Shown here piece after piece: positions 27,526 to 39,882 of a stretch of DNA of 64,000 nt (position 1 is the first letter of the stretch; each line of letters opens with the position of its first letter). The position numbers were made by a program, and so were the translations under genes. This DNA comes from an uncultured Alphaproteobacteria bacterium (lineage in GTDB: Bacteria > Pseudomonadota > Alphaproteobacteria > HIMB59 > GCA-002718135). The stretch spans positions 109,599 through 173,598 of the forward strand of contig CACNHT010000001.1 of the NCBI GenBank assembly GCA_902620285.1, in the 5' to 3' direction. The notes beneath the pieces are model-generated. The model worked only from the letters and a program-made list of their open reading frames with translations. It was not told the origin of the DNA and ran no database searches.

Positions 27526-27703
27526 TTATTAAGAGTAATATCTATCTATTTAAAATTCAAGATTTTTAGTTAAATTTTGTATTAAATTTGGATGATTTTC
27601 ATAAAATTTGGCACTTTTTATCAACATTTTACAAACTTCCGTGATAGTAAGAAAATATAACTAAACCATTAATATTTTGAAATTTGAAGAAAAATACTTA
27701 CTT

Positions 27704-28099
27704 ATGATACATAAAAAAATGAAAAAAATGACTGATAATAGACCATTATCACCTCACCTATCTATTCACAAAAGAGTACTTACAGCAGTATTTTCAATTT
27801 TTCATAGGATATCTGGAATAGGATTGAGTGTGGGTGCACTATTAATTTCAATCTGGTTTTTCTTAATTAGTTTTGGTCCCGAATTTTATATTTATTTTGA
27901 AATTTTTTCTAAGAGTATTTTGTTTAAACTAGTTCTAATGATTTGGACTGTTGGTATTTTTTATCACTTATTCAATGGATGTAGAAAATTATATTGGTCA
28001 TTCGGTATTGGAATGGAATTATCTCAAGTATATAAATCGGGTTATGCTGTTATATGTTTAACCTTAATTTCTAGTATAGTTGTCTGGTATTTTGCATGA
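27704..28099 (+). CDS. sdhC: succinate dehydrogenase cytochrome b556 subunit
   Basis: RPLSPHL(S/Q)I(H/Y)K signature and 3 TM helices. The start is ambiguous (TTG 27677, or ATG 27704, 27719 or 27728). Confidence 0.85.
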   Translation: MIHKKMKKMTDNRPLSPHLSIHKRVLTAVFSIFHRISGIGLSVGALLISIWFFLISFGPEFYIYFEIFSKSILFKLVLMIWTVGIFYHLFNGCRKLYWSFGIGMELSQVYKSGYAVICLTLISSIVVWYFA

Positions 28100-28425
28100 A
28101 AAATTATGCTCTTAAATGGTTAACCCAAAGAATCACTGCTTCAATTTTAATTCCATTGACGTTTTGGTTTATATACTCTGCAATATCATTATCAAAGATG
28201 ACTTATTCTGAAATAGAAATTTTTTTTCAGTCCTATGTTAATGCATTCTTATTTTTTGTAATGATGCAATCTATGCTTCTGCATTCAAAATTGGGTCTGC
28301 AAACAATTATTGAAGATTATGTCACATCGAAAAAAACAGCCAAATTTATTAATGTATCAATTAATTATCTTGTTTATTTTATCATGATTTTAATTACAGT
28401 AAATTTAGTGAGAATGGTTTTTTAG
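28096..28425 (+). CDS. sdhD: succinate dehydrogenase membrane anchor subunit
   Basis: 109 aa, 3 TM. W..QR.TA..L.PL signature. Position between sdhC and sdhA, with a 4-nt overlap. Confidence 0.8.
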   Translation: MKNYALKWLTQRITASILIPLTFWFIYSAISLSKMTYSEIEIFFQSYVNAFLFFVMMQSMLLHSKLGLQTIIEDYVTSKKTAKFINVSINYLVYFIMILITVNLVRMVF

Positions 28426-30219
28426 ATGTCTAATTCATACAAAATTATCGATCACCATTATGACGTTGTAGTTGTTGGAGCTGGAGGATCGGGGCTGAGA
28501 GCTACGCTTGGATGTGCCGAAGCTGGTTTAAAAACAGCGTGTATATCAAAAGTCTTTCCAACAAGAAGTCATACTGTTGCAGCACAAGGTGGAATTGGAG
28601 CAGCACTAGGTAATATGGGTGAAGATAATTGGAAGTGGCACATGTATGATACAGTTAAGGGTTCCGACTGGCTTGGTGATCAAGATGCAATTGAATACTT
28701 ATGTTCTAAAGCCCCTGAAGCAGTAATTGAACTTGAAGAATATGGCATGCCTTTTAGTAGAACAGATGATGGCAAGATCTATCAAAGACCTTTTGGCGGA
28801 CACTTAACCAATAATGGCGAGGGAGCTCCTGCTATGAGAGCTTGTGCAGCAGCTGATAGAACGGGACATGCTTTACTCCATACACTTTATCAGCAATCAC
28901 TTAAAAATAATGTAGAATTTTATATTGAATATTTTGTTTTAGATTTAATTTCTGATGATCAAGGTAATTGCATTGGTGTGGTAACATGGTGCTTAGAGGA
29001 TGGATCAATCCATCGATTTTTATCTCATCAAACAATTCTAGCTACTGGTGGATATGGAAGAGCTTACTTCTCATCCACGAGTGCCCACATTTGTACTGGT
29101 GACGGTAGTGCAATGGCTTTAAGACAAAACCTACCTCTTTCTGATATGGAATTTATTCAGTTCCATCCAACAGGAGTTTACGGTGCAGGAGTGTTAATCA
29201 CTGAGGGAGCAAGAGGAGAAGGTGGATATTTAACTAATAGTGATGGTGAAAGATTCATGGAAAGATATGCTCCAAATGCAAAAGATCTAGCATCAAGGGA
29301 TGTAGTAAGCCGAGCAATGACTATTGAAATTAGTGAAAATAGAGGCTGTGGAGATAATGCCGATCATGTGCTACTTCATCTTGAGCACATTGATGCTGAT
29401 ACATTACATAAAAGATTACCTGGTATTTCAGAAACTGCAAAAATATTTGCCGGAGTTGATCTAACTAAAGATCCAATACCAGTTCTCCCAACAGTTCATT
29501 ATAATATGGGTGGTATACCGACAAATTATAGAACAGAAGTTCTGAGGCCATCAAATGAAAATCCAGATAATGTATGTGAAGGTTTAATGGCCGTTGGTGA
29601 GGCTGCATGTGTTTCTGTACACGGTGCTAATAGATTAGGAACAAATTCATTAATCGATCTTGTTGTTTTTGGCAAAGCAGCTAGTCTAACATGTAAAGAA
29701 AAAGTAAAACCAAATTCTAAAAAAATTGAAATTAGTAAATCAAAAACAGATAATATTATTGAGCGATTTGATATGATTAGAAACAGCAAAGGAAACTCTA
29801 CAACTGGAGAACTTCGCACTTCCATGCAACATATAATGCAGCAAAAATGCGCAGTATTTAGAACACACGATCTCATATCAAAAGGTATTGAAGAATATTC
29901 AAAGGTTGAGAGTTCAATGGATGACATAGATATTAAAGACAAATCATTAATCTTTAATACAGACTTGGTCGAAGCTTTAGAGTTACACAATTTAATGGCA
30001 CAATCAAAAGTTACTCTTCATTCTGCGTTAAACCGAACTGAAAGTAGAGGCGCACATGCAAGAGAAGATTATAAAGAAAGAGATGATAATAATTGGTTAG
30101 TTCACTCTTTAGCCTGGTTAAACGATAAGGGAGATGTGAATATGGGTTCTAGAGGTGTTCATATGAATACTCTAACTAATCATGTTCAACCAATACCACC
30201 TAAAAGAAGAGTTTATTAA
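28426..30219 (+). CDS. sdhA: succinate dehydrogenase flavoprotein subunit
   Basis: 597 aa. DVVVVGAGG(S)GLRA FAD motif, [10 protein letters not shown] (FAD-linked His), HPTG, GANRLG.NSL. Confidence 0.97.
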   Translation: MSNSYKIIDHHYDVVVVGAGGSGLRATLGCAEAGLKTACISKVFPTRSHTVAAQGGIGAALGNMGEDNWKWHMYDTVKGSDWLGDQDAIEYLCSKAPEAVIELEEYGMPFSRTDDGKIYQRPFGGHLTNNGEGAPAMRACAAADRTGHALLHTLYQQSLKNNVEFYIEYFVLDLISDDQGNCIGVVTWCLEDGSIHRFLSHQTILATGGYGRAYFSSTSAHICTGDGSAMALRQNLPLSDMEFIQFHPTGVYGAGVLITEGARGEGGYLTNSDGERFMERYAPNAKDLASRDVVSRAMTIEISENRGCGDNADHVLLHLEHIDADTLHKRLPGISETAKIFAGVDLTKDPIPVLPTVHYNMGGIPTNYRTEVLRPSNENPDNVCEGLMAVGEAACVSVHGANRLGTNSLIDLVVFGKAASLTCKEKVKPNSKKIEISKSKTDNIIERFDMIRNSKGNSTTGELRTSMQHIMQQKCAVFRTHDLISKGIEEYSKVESSMDDIDIKDKSLIFNTDLVEALELHNLMAQSKVTLHSALNRTESRGAHAREDYKERDDNNWLVHSLAWLNDKGDVNMGSRGVHMNTLTNHVQPIPPKRRVY

Positions 30220-31007
30220 TGGCTCAGTTTACACTTCCTGCGAATTCAAAAATAACTAAAGGGAAAACTCATCAATTAAAAGAACCTGCAAATGATCCAA
30301 AGAAACTTGCAATCTACAGATGGGATCCTGAAGATGATAAAAATCCTAGGATAGATAATTATGAGATAGATCAAGAAAAGTGTGGCCCAATGGTATTAGA
30401 CGCACTTATGAAAATAAAAAACGAAATTGATCCAACTTTAACATTTAGAAGATCTTGCAGAGAAGGAGTTTGTGGTTCCTGTGCTATGAATATTGATGGC
30501 GTTAACACATTAGCATGTTTGAAAAGTATGTCTGATGTTAAGAATGAAATAAAAATTTACCCTCTTCCACATATGCGTGTGGTAAAAGATTTAGTTCCAG
30601 ATCTTAGTAAAGCCTATGAGCAACTTGCCTCCATTAAACCTTGGTTACAGCGTGAAAAAACAAATGAAGAAAAAAACTCAAGAGACGAAAAAAAACAATC
30701 ACCAAAAGATAGAGAAAAACTAGATGGTAAATGGGAGTGTGTATTATGTTTTTGTTGCACTACTTCTTGTCCAAGTTATTGGTGGAATGGAGATGAATAT
30801 TTAGGACCTGCAGTCCTTTTACAAGCAGCAAGATGGGTTAGTGACTCTAGAGACTCAGAAAGAAAAGAGAGATTAAAAGCAATAAATGATTCATTAAAAC
30901 TTTATAGATGTCATTCAATAATGAATTGTACTAGGTCTTGTCCTAAAGGTCTAAATCCAGCCAAAGAAATTGCTGGACTTAAAAAGGCTATTGTTACAGA
31001 ATTATAA
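30219..31007 (+). CDS. sdhB: succinate dehydrogenase iron-sulfur subunit
   Basis: 262 aa with three Cys clusters (CREG.CGSC, C..C.CC...CP, C....C...CP). Confidence 0.95.
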   Translation: MAQFTLPANSKITKGKTHQLKEPANDPKKLAIYRWDPEDDKNPRIDNYEIDQEKCGPMVLDALMKIKNEIDPTLTFRRSCREGVCGSCAMNIDGVNTLACLKSMSDVKNEIKIYPLPHMRVVKDLVPDLSKAYEQLASIKPWLQREKTNEEKNSRDEKKQSPKDREKLDGKWECVLCFCCTTSCPSYWWNGDEYLGPAVLLQAARWVSDSRDSERKERLKAINDSLKLYRCHSIMNCTRSCPKGLNPAKEIAGLKKAIVTEL

Positions 31008-31025
31008 TTAAAGTATAAAACTTAA

Positions 31026-31988
<963 letters not shown>

Positions 31989-32029
31989 TTGTATTTTTCA
32001 TCTAATCTAACTATTACCTTTTTATCAAA

Positions 32030-33214
32030 ATGAATTTGCATGAATACCAAGCTAAAGATCTACTAAGAAAGTACAATCTACCTATACTTGAAGGCAAAAG
32101 TTACATTGAAAATGTTGATGGGTTAGAAAAAGATTTACAAAATATAAAAGGACCACCTTGGGTTATCAAATCACAAATACATGCTGGTGGAAGAGGAGCA
32201 GGTAAATTTTTAAAACCATTTAATACAAAAGGTGGAGTACAAATAACAGAATCAGTTGATGATGCACAAAAAATTGCAAAAGGAATGATGGGCAACATAT
32301 TGATTACAAAACAAACAGGTAATGAAGGAAAGTTAGTAAATAGAATTTATTTAGAAGCTGGATGTGAAATTGATAGGGAATATTATTTAAGTATTCTTCT
32401 TGATAGGAATCAATCAAAATTAATGATGATGGTATCTGATGCTGGTGGTGTAGACATAGAAGATGTAGCTGAGAAAACACCAGAAAGAATTCAATATGTT
32501 TATTTTGATAACTTAGAAGATTTCACAATTAGTGATAGTCTTCAAAATAAATTAAATTTTTCTATTAATGAGTTTAACCAATTTAAAGAAATTGTTTCAA
32601 ATTTATGTAAGTGCTATGTGGAAATAGATGCTTCTTTAATTGAAATTAATCCTCTTGTTGTGACAAAAGATGAAAAACTAATTCTTTTAGATGCTAAAAT
32701 TAATATTGATGATAATGCTCTGTATAGACAGGCTGACATTGAAAAATTAAAAGATACTTCAGAAGAAAATGATTTGGAACTTGAAGCTTCTGAAAACGAT
32801 ATGGTTTACATTAAGCTGGATGGAAAAATAGGCTGTATGGTTAACGGAGCTGGACTGGCTATGGCAACTATGGACATTATTAAACAATTTGGAATGGAGC
32901 CAGCCAATTTTTTAGATTTAGGTGGTACTGCAAATAAAGAAAGAGCCATTAAAGCTTTCAAGATCATTCAATCAGATAAAAATGTGAAATCAGTCTTTAT
33001 AAATATTTTTGGAGGAATTATCCATTGTGATATGATTGCTAATGGCATCATTGATGCAATTAAAGAATTGGAATTTAAACTTCCTGTTGTTGTACGTTTT
33101 CAAGGAACAAATTCTAAAGAAGGAAGAGACATTATAAATAATTCATCATTAGGATTAATTTCTATTGATGATTTTTCAAATGCAGCTCAGAAAGCTGTGG
33201 AGTTATCAGAATAG
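32030..33214 (+). CDS. sucC: succinyl-CoA synthetase beta subunit
   Basis: 394 aa. MN(L/I)HEYQ(A/G)K N-terminus, ATP-grasp fold, (I)G(C)[13 protein letters not shown]. Confidence 0.95.
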   Translation: MNLHEYQAKDLLRKYNLPILEGKSYIENVDGLEKDLQNIKGPPWVIKSQIHAGGRGAGKFLKPFNTKGGVQITESVDDAQKIAKGMMGNILITKQTGNEGKLVNRIYLEAGCEIDREYYLSILLDRNQSKLMMMVSDAGGVDIEDVAEKTPERIQYVYFDNLEDFTISDSLQNKLNFSINEFNQFKEIVSNLCKCYVEIDASLIEINPLVVTKDEKLILLDAKINIDDNALYRQADIEKLKDTSEENDLELEASENDMVYIKLDGKIGCMVNGAGLAMATMDIIKQFGMEPANFLDLGGTANKERAIKAFKIIQSDKNVKSVFINIFGGIIHCDMIANGIIDAIKELEFKLPVVVRFQGTNSKEGRDIINNSSLGLISIDDFSNAAQKAVELSE

Positions 33215-34098
33215 TGTCAATTTTAGTTAATAAAAAAACAAGACTTATTTGCCAAGGCTTTACTGGTTCACAAGGAACATATCATTCTGAACAAGCTATA
33301 GAATATGGTACAAACCTTGTTGGTGGTGTAACGCCTGGAAAAGGAGGTCAGACCCATTTAAATTTACCAGTGTTTAATACTGTTGCCGATGCAGTGAAAC
33401 AAACTGATGCAAATGCAACAGTTATTTATGTGCCTGCTAAGTTTGCTGCTAAAGCAATCCACGAAGCTTTAGATGCAAATATTGAATTAATTGTTTGTAT
33501 TACAGAAGGTATTCCAGTCTTAGATATGATTGATATAAAAAAAAGAATTATTAAAAATAAAACATATTTGATTGGACCAAACTGTCCAGGATTAATCACA
33601 CCTTCCGAATGCAAGATTGGAATCATGCCTGGCTTCATCCATAAAAAAGGTAAAATAGGAATAGTAAGTAGATCAGGAACATTAACTTATGAAGCTGTTG
33701 CACAGACAACAGAGGTAGGATTAGGTCAATCAACATGCGTTGGTATTGGTGGAGATCCAATACATGGTATGGATTTTATAGATTGTATAAAGTTATTTTT
33801 AGAAGATGATGAGACTGAGGGAATTTTAATGATTGGCGAAATTGGTGGCGAGGAAGAAGAAAATGCAGCAGAATTTATTTCAAACTCAAAAAGAAAAAAA
33901 CCAGTTTCAGCATTTATAGCTGGACAATCGGCACCAAAAGGAAAACGTATGGGTCATGCAGGTGCTATCGTTTCAGGCTCAAAAGGTACAGCACATTCCA
34001 AAATTAAATCTTTAGAAAATGCTGGAGTTTTGGTGTCAAAATCCCCAGCATCGTTGGGAAAAACTATGAAATTAGCAATGCAAAATGGGAATAATTAG
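33214..34098 (+). CDS. sucD: succinyl-CoA synthetase alpha subunit
   Basis: GTG start overlapping the sucC stop. QG(F/I)TG.QG..H, (S)[15 protein letters not shown] (phospho-His). Confidence 0.95.
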   Translation: MSILVNKKTRLICQGFTGSQGTYHSEQAIEYGTNLVGGVTPGKGGQTHLNLPVFNTVADAVKQTDANATVIYVPAKFAAKAIHEALDANIELIVCITEGIPVLDMIDIKKRIIKNKTYLIGPNCPGLITPSECKIGIMPGFIHKKGKIGIVSRSGTLTYEAVAQTTEVGLGQSTCVGIGGDPIHGMDFIDCIKLFLEDDETEGILMIGEIGGEEEENAAEFISNSKRKKPVSAFIAGQSAPKGKRMGHAGAIVSGSKGTAHSKIKSLENAGVLVSKSPASLGKTMKLAMQNGNN

Positions 34099-34149
34099 TT
34101 TCCATTAGTATGATTGTTATGCGAAATGGTTTTAGTTTAATAGAAATCT

Positions 34150-37053
34150 ATGAATGATACTTTTTTAAATAGTGCTAATGCGCCATATGTGGCCGAACTG
34201 TATTCTAAATTTAGAAATGACCCTGAAAGTGTGGACACAACTTGGAAAGATTTTTTTAATAATTTAAATGAAGATGACTATTCTGTTCTTAAAGATTTTG
34301 GAGGACCAGAATGGAAAGAACGTCCATCAAGTATAATAGATAAAAATTACATAACTAAGGTTATAAAATCAAATGCGAATTACAATTCTGAGGAATTTAA
34401 AATATCAACCTTAGATTCAATTAGAGCATTAAGGTTAATTAGAGCTTTTAGAATTAATGGACATTTAATTGCAGATCTTGATCCTTTAGGAATATCTGAA
34501 AGAGAGTATCCTCAAGAATTAGATTATAAAAGCTATGGTTTCATTGAATCAGATTTAGAAAAAGAAATATTCATTGATGGAAGTTTGGGTTTAGAAAAAG
34601 GTAAATTAAAAAATATTATTAAAATATTAAAAGAAACTTATTCTGCTTCAATTGGTGTTGAATTTTTACACATACAACAAGCTGATCAAAAACAATGGGT
34701 ACAAGAAAGAATTGAAGAAGTAAGAAATAAAACAAATTTTACAAATGAAGGAAAAAAAGCAATCTATAAAAGATTAGTTGAATCAGAACTATTTGAGCAG
34801 TTTTTAGATAAAAAGTTTTTAGGCACAAAGAGATACGGTATCGAAGGTGGTGAAGCGATGATACCTGGGATAGAGCAAATTGTTAAACAGGCATGTTTGT
34901 CTGGAATTGAAGATATTATTATTGGAACAGCTCATCGAGGGAGACTAACACTTCTATCAAGTGTTTTGGAAATGCCTTACAAAAAAATATTATCAAAATT
35001 CCAAGGTTCTTTAAATGACCCAAATGAGGTACTAGGTTCGGGTGATGTAAAATATCATTTAGGAGTTTCTGCTGATCGTGAATTTGAAAAAAAGAAAATT
35101 CATTTATCCCTCACTTCTAACCCATCACATTTAGAAGCAGTTAACCCAGTTGTGGCAGGAAAAGTAAGAGCTAAACAAACTTTAGCTAAAGATAAAACAA
35201 CAGATAAAGTTATAGGTTTATTAATTCACGGAGATGCAGCAATAGCTGGACAAGGAGTTGTGGCCGAAACATTTGCTATGTCACAATTAAGAGGGTTTAA
35301 AACAGGTGGCACCATTCACTTTGTAATTAACAATCAGATAGGTTTTACAACTATGCCACAATATGGACGATCAGCACCTTATTGTACTGAAATTGCAAAA
35401 ATGGTTCAAGCGCCAATATTTCATGTTAATGGCGATGACCCAGAAGCAGTAGTTCATGTTTGTAGACTTGCAACAGAATTTAGAAATAAATTTAAAGTCG
35501 ATGTTGTTGTAGATATGTTTTGTTACAGGAGATCAGGACATAACGAAGCTGATGAACCTTCTTTCACTCAGCCACTTATGTATAAGGCTATCAAGAAACA
35601 AATCACAACAAGAAAAAAATATGAAAAAAAATTAATTGAGAATAATACTCTTTCAGAAGAAGAATCCAAAGACATTGTAAATTCTTTTAAAAATTTTTTG
35701 GATAAAGAATTTGAATCAACTAAAAATTATAAGCCAAATAAAGTAGATTGGTTAGAGGGAACTTGGACAGGTTTATCTACTGCAACATTTGATGCGAGAA
35801 GGGGAAAAACTTCCGTAAAAGAAAAAACATTAATTAATGTAGCAAAAAAAATTCATGAAATACCAGCAGATTTCAATGCTCATAGAAGAATAAAAAAAAT
35901 TTATGGAGACAGATTAACAAGTGTCATCAATGGAAAAGGTATTGATTGGGCAACCTCTGAAAGTTTAGCTTTAGCAACACTTCTTGATGAGGGATACGGT
36001 GTTCGAATATCTGGACAAGATGTTGGAAGAGGAACATTTAGTCATAGACATGGTGTACTATACGATCAAGAAAACGAAAATCGTTTTGTTCCATTAAGAC
36101 ATTTTCAAAACAAGCAAGGTTACTTTGAAATTATAGATAGTTTTTTATCTGAGTTTGGTGTTCTTGGTTTTGAATATGGATATTCACAAGTTGATCCTAA
36201 GACACTTGTTATATGGGAAGCACAGTTTGGCGATTTTGCAAATGGTGCACAAATTATGATTGATCAATTCATTAGTTCTGGAGAAAGAAAATGGTTGAGA
36301 ATGTCTGGTTTAACGATGTTACTTCCCCACGGACATGAGGGCCAAGGTCCTGAGCATACAAGTGGAAGATTAGAAAGATTTTTACAGATGTGTGCGGAAG
36401 ATAATATGCAAATTGTTAATTGCACAAGTCCTGCTAATTATTTTCATGTTTTAAGAAGACAACTACATAGAAACTTTAGGAAACCTCTAATTATATTTAC
36501 ACCAAAATCTACACTTAGACATAAATCTAACGTTTCTAATATTGAGGATTATATAAATGGATCAACTTTCCATAGAATTCTAACTGATAAATTATCTGTT
36601 AAAGAAAAGAGGAAAAATAAAAGATTAATAATTTGTTCTGGTAAAATATATTTTGAACTTGCAGATCACATAGCAAAAAATAAAATTAAAAATCTCTCCA
36701 TAATAAGATTGGAGCAGATTTATCCATTTCCTTATGAAAACTTTAGAGATGAATTAAAACATTATACCGATGCTGAAATTATTTGGGCACAAGAAGAACC
36801 AAAAAATATGGGTGCCTGGGGTTTTGTGAAAGGTAGATTGGAAAGTGTTATGCAGGGAGCCAAAGTTAAACAAGAAAAAATATTCTATGTTGGTAGAAGT
36901 CCGGCTGCATCTCCTGCCGCTGGTTCTTTAGAAAGACACTTAAGTAACCAAGAAACTATTATAAAAATGGCAACTGAAGATTCTATTAGCAAAATTATCA
37001 AATCTTGGGCAGGTATTTCAACAAAATTAAAGACTAATCTGCCAATTGAATAA
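34150..37053 (+). CDS. sucA: 2-oxoglutarate dehydrogenase E1 component
   Basis: 967 aa. L.(G/S)(A/S)N..Y(V/I).ELY N-terminus, HGD(A)A..GQG(V)V.E, RR.GHNE.DEP.(F)TQP. Confidence 0.95.
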   Translation: MNDTFLNSANAPYVAELYSKFRNDPESVDTTWKDFFNNLNEDDYSVLKDFGGPEWKERPSSIIDKNYITKVIKSNANYNSEEFKISTLDSIRALRLIRAFRINGHLIADLDPLGISEREYPQELDYKSYGFIESDLEKEIFIDGSLGLEKGKLKNIIKILKETYSASIGVEFLHIQQADQKQWVQERIEEVRNKTNFTNEGKKAIYKRLVESELFEQFLDKKFLGTKRYGIEGGEAMIPGIEQIVKQACLSGIEDIIIGTAHRGRLTLLSSVLEMPYKKILSKFQGSLNDPNEVLGSGDVKYHLGVSADREFEKKKIHLSLTSNPSHLEAVNPVVAGKVRAKQTLAKDKTTDKVIGLLIHGDAAIAGQGVVAETFAMSQLRGFKTGGTIHFVINNQIGFTTMPQYGRSAPYCTEIAKMVQAPIFHVNGDDPEAVVHVCRLATEFRNKFKVDVVVDMFCYRRSGHNEADEPSFTQPLMYKAIKKQITTRKKYEKKLIENNTLSEEESKDIVNSFKNFLDKEFESTKNYKPNKVDWLEGTWTGLSTATFDARRGKTSVKEKTLINVAKKIHEIPADFNAHRRIKKIYGDRLTSVINGKGIDWATSESLALATLLDEGYGVRISGQDVGRGTFSHRHGVLYDQENENRFVPLRHFQNKQGYFEIIDSFLSEFGVLGFEYGYSQVDPKTLVIWEAQFGDFANGAQIMIDQFISSGERKWLRMSGLTMLLPHGHEGQGPEHTSGRLERFLQMCAEDNMQIVNCTSPANYFHVLRRQLHRNFRKPLIIFTPKSTLRHKSNVSNIEDYINGSTFHRILTDKLSVKEKRKNKRLIICSGKIYFELADHIAKNKIKNLSIIRLEQIYPFPYENFRDELKHYTDAEIIWAQEEPKNMGAWGFVKGRLESVMQGAKVKQEKIFYVGRSPAASPAAGSLERHLSNQETIIKMATEDSISKIIKSWAGISTKLKTNLPIE

Positions 37054-37084
37054 ATTGACGTAAATGTTATTAAGCATTTAATTA

Positions 37085-38266
37085 ATGAGCACAGAATTAA
37101 TAGTTCCAACACTTGGAGAGTCAATTACGGAAGCAACTGTTTCAAAATGGCTTAAGAATATAGGCGATAATTTTGAAGCTGATGAACCTTTAGTTGAAAT
37201 TGAAACTGACAAAATTACAGTTGAAGTACCAGCTCCTCATGCAGGATCTCTAAAAGAAATAAAAGTTTCTGAAGGAACTGATGTTGAAATTGGTGGTATT
37301 TTAGGAATCTTAGATGAATCTAAAGGCAAAAAACCAACTCCTAAAAAATCTGAAACTAAAGAAGAAAAAGTAAAAGAAGAAGTAAAAGAAGTTAAGGTTG
37401 AAACAAAATCTTCACCTGCCAAATCTTCACCATCTGCAAGAAAAATTGCTGAAGAAAATAATATTAAACTTGAAGATGTCACCTCATCCCGTTCTGATGG
37501 AAGAATTAATAAAGAGGATGTAGTTTCTCATCTTTCTTCTTCAAATAAAACAACCACTAATAAAGGTGAAAGAGAAGAAGTTGTTAAAATGTCTAAAATC
37601 AGACAGACAATATCTAAACGTTTAAAGGAGGCTCAAAATACAGCAGCCATACTTACGACTTTCAATGAAATTGACATGTCCAAAGTTATGGAAATTAGAA
37701 AATCAAAAAACCAAGAATTTCAAAGTCGGTATGAGGTCAAATTAGGTTTCATGTCATTTTTTGTAAAAGCGGTAGTAAAAAGTTTGCAAGAGTATCCAGC
37801 TGTGAATGCTGAAATTAAAGATGAAAATATAATTTATAAAAATCATTTTGATATAGGTATAGCTGTTGGAACTGAAAAAGGATTAGTCGTACCAATACTT
37901 AAGGACGCTGATCAATTGAGTTTTGGAGAAATAGAAACTAAAATTATTGATCTTAGTACAAAAGCCAAAGATGGAACGCTGACCATGGACGATTTGACTG
38001 GCGGAACTTTTACAATTTCAAATGGTGGCGTTTACGGATCAATGCTCAGCACTCCAATAATCAATAGACCTCAATCTGGAATTTTAGGGATGCATAATAT
38101 TCAAAAAAGAGCAGTAGTTGTAAATGATGAAATAGTAATTAGGCCAATGATGTATGTTGCATTAAGTTATGATCATAGAATTATTGATGGAAAAGAAAGT
38201 GTTGGATTTTTAGTGAAAGTGAAAGAACTTCTGGAAGATCCATCCGAATTAGTATTAGGAATATGA
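37085..38266 (+). CDS. sucB: dihydrolipoyllysine-residue succinyltransferase (E2o)
   Basis: 393 aa. Lipoyl domain (E)TDK, PSBD region (SP(S)ARK...E), catalytic (L)SYDHR.IDG. Confidence 0.95.
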   Translation: MSTELIVPTLGESITEATVSKWLKNIGDNFEADEPLVEIETDKITVEVPAPHAGSLKEIKVSEGTDVEIGGILGILDESKGKKPTPKKSETKEEKVKEEVKEVKVETKSSPAKSSPSARKIAEENNIKLEDVTSSRSDGRINKEDVVSHLSSSNKTTTNKGEREEVVKMSKIRQTISKRLKEAQNTAAILTTFNEIDMSKVMEIRKSKNQEFQSRYEVKLGFMSFFVKAVVKSLQEYPAVNAEIKDENIIYKNHFDIGIAVGTEKGLVVPILKDADQLSFGEIETKIIDLSTKAKDGTLTMDDLTGGTFTISNGGVYGSMLSTPIINRPQSGILGMHNIQKRAVVVNDEIVIRPMMYVALSYDHRIIDGKESVGFLVKVKELLEDPSELVLGI

Positions 38267-38267
38267 A

Positions 38268-39665
38268 ATGGAAGATTTTGATTTAATAGTAATTGGTGCG
38301 GGACCTGGCGGATATGTAGCTGCAATCAGAGCAGCTCAACTTGGAATGAAGGTTGCTTGTATAGAAAAAGAGCCATCACTTGGTGGAACTTGTTTGAACA
38401 TTGGATGCATACCCTCTAAAGCATTATTAAATTCATCTGAAAAATTTGTTGAAATTTCAAATCATGCTGCAGAGCATGGCATAAAAACATCAAAGATAGA
38501 TTTAGATCTAAATGTTTTGATGGATCGCAAAAGTAAGATTGTAAAAAAACTTACAACAGGGATCGGTTTTTTATTTAAGAAAAATAAAATAACGCATATT
38601 CCTGGCATGGCTTCATTTGTAGATAAAAATACTATTTCTATTACAAATGGAAAAAACGAAATAACAGCTAGTGCTAAAAATTTTATTATCGCAACAGGTT
38701 CATCTTCGATTGAGATACCAAATATTCCTGTTGATGAAAAACAAATAGTATCTTCCACAGGTGCTCTTTCTCTATCTAAAATACCAAAATCACTCCTAGT
38801 TATTGGTGGTGGATATATTGGACTAGAAATGGGATCAGTATGGAGTAGATTAGGCTCAAAGGTAACAGTTGTTGAAGCTCTTGACAGAATTGTTCCAACT
38901 ATGGATGGTGAAATTGCAAAAGAGTTTATGAAAATGTTAACTAAACAAGGATTAGAATTTAAGTTATCGCATAAAGTGAGTTCTGCAAAATCTGGTAAGT
39001 CTGGTGTAGATGTTGAGATGGAAACATTAGATAAAAAGAAAATAAAAGAAAACTACGAAATAGTTTTAATGTCAGTAGGAAGAAAACCAAACACAGAAGG
39101 ACTGGGTCTCGAAAAAATTGGTATTAAATTAACCGAAAAAAAATCCATTGAAATTAAAGATAACTTTCAAACTTCTGTTAAAGGAATCTACGCTATTGGT
39201 GATGTAGCACCGGGACCAATGCTAGCACACAAAGCTGAAGAAGAAGGAGTTGCTTGTGTTGAATTTATAAATGGTCAAAAACCTCATATAAACTATGAAG
39301 CTATACCAGCGATTGTTTATACCAATCCAGAGATTGCATCTGTAGGGAAAACAGAAGAACAGCTCAAGCAAGAAAAGAAAGACTTCAAGGTTGGAAAATT
39401 TCCTTTTATGGCTAATGGTCGTGCCCTAACCACTTCTGCATCAGAGGGATTTGTAAAAATTTTGGTTGATAAAAAAACAGATGAAATTTTAGGTGCTCAT
39501 ATAATCGGTCATGATGCTGGACAACTGATTGCAGAAATTGTTACTACAATCGAATTTGGTGGAAGTGCAGAAGATATTGCTAGAGTATGTCATGCTCATC
39601 CAACAACTAGTGAAGCGGTAAAAGAAGCAGCTCTAAGTGTTGACGGCAGAGCCATACATATTTAA
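38268..39665 (+). CDS. lpdA: dihydrolipoyl dehydrogenase (E3)
   Basis: 465 aa. GAGPGGYVAAIRAAQLG, redox-active GGTCLN(I/V)GCIPSK, HAHPT.SE. Confidence 0.95.
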   Translation: MEDFDLIVIGAGPGGYVAAIRAAQLGMKVACIEKEPSLGGTCLNIGCIPSKALLNSSEKFVEISNHAAEHGIKTSKIDLDLNVLMDRKSKIVKKLTTGIGFLFKKNKITHIPGMASFVDKNTISITNGKNEITASAKNFIIATGSSSIEIPNIPVDEKQIVSSTGALSLSKIPKSLLVIGGGYIGLEMGSVWSRLGSKVTVVEALDRIVPTMDGEIAKEFMKMLTKQGLEFKLSHKVSSAKSGKSGVDVEMETLDKKKIKENYEIVLMSVGRKPNTEGLGLEKIGIKLTEKKSIEIKDNFQTSVKGIYAIGDVAPGPMLAHKAEEEGVACVEFINGQKPHINYEAIPAIVYTNPEIASVGKTEEQLKQEKKDFKVGKFPFMANGRALTTSASEGFVKILVDKKTDEILGAHIIGHDAGQLIAEIVTTIEFGGSAEDIARVCHAHPTTSEAVKEAALSVDGRAIHI

Positions 39666-39865
39666 ATTTTAGCTAGATCCATTCCTTTTTTATATTTTTT
39701 TGATGACTGTTTTACAACTGCTTGACCACACCTCATAACTTTTCTTTTATGATCAAATGTCATTTTTGGCTCTCCATGTAATTTCCAACCATTAGATAAT
39801 GCCTCTGTTACTCTTTGACAAAAATCAACAGTGTCATCATCAGTAATAAATCTATAACCTTTCAT
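39662..39865 (-). CDS. DUF1737-like small protein
   Basis: 67 aa. YR........F...V..AL..GW.L.G.P pattern reminiscent of DUF1737. 4-nt convergent overlap with lpdA. Confidence 0.6.
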   Translation of the reverse strand: MKGYRFITDDDTVDFCQRVTEALSNGWKLHGEPKMTFDHKRKVMRCGQAVVKQSSKKYKKGMDLAKI

Positions 39866-39882
39866 GTATGCTCCTTTTTGTA

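Noticed and set aside
27609-27625. TGGCAC-N5 sequence upstream of sdhC, resembling the -24 element of a sigma-54 promoter.
   Set aside because: The -12 element (TTGC) is absent; the sequence reads ATCA at that position. Alone, this is not a sigma-54 promoter.
27636-27646. cttccgtgata upstream of sdhC resembles the tRNA-half repeat (ttccg...tgata) with a 10-nt internal deletion.
   Set aside because: Only two 5-mers match across a gap, which is expected by chance in 64 kb. The junction arm and flank are not present.
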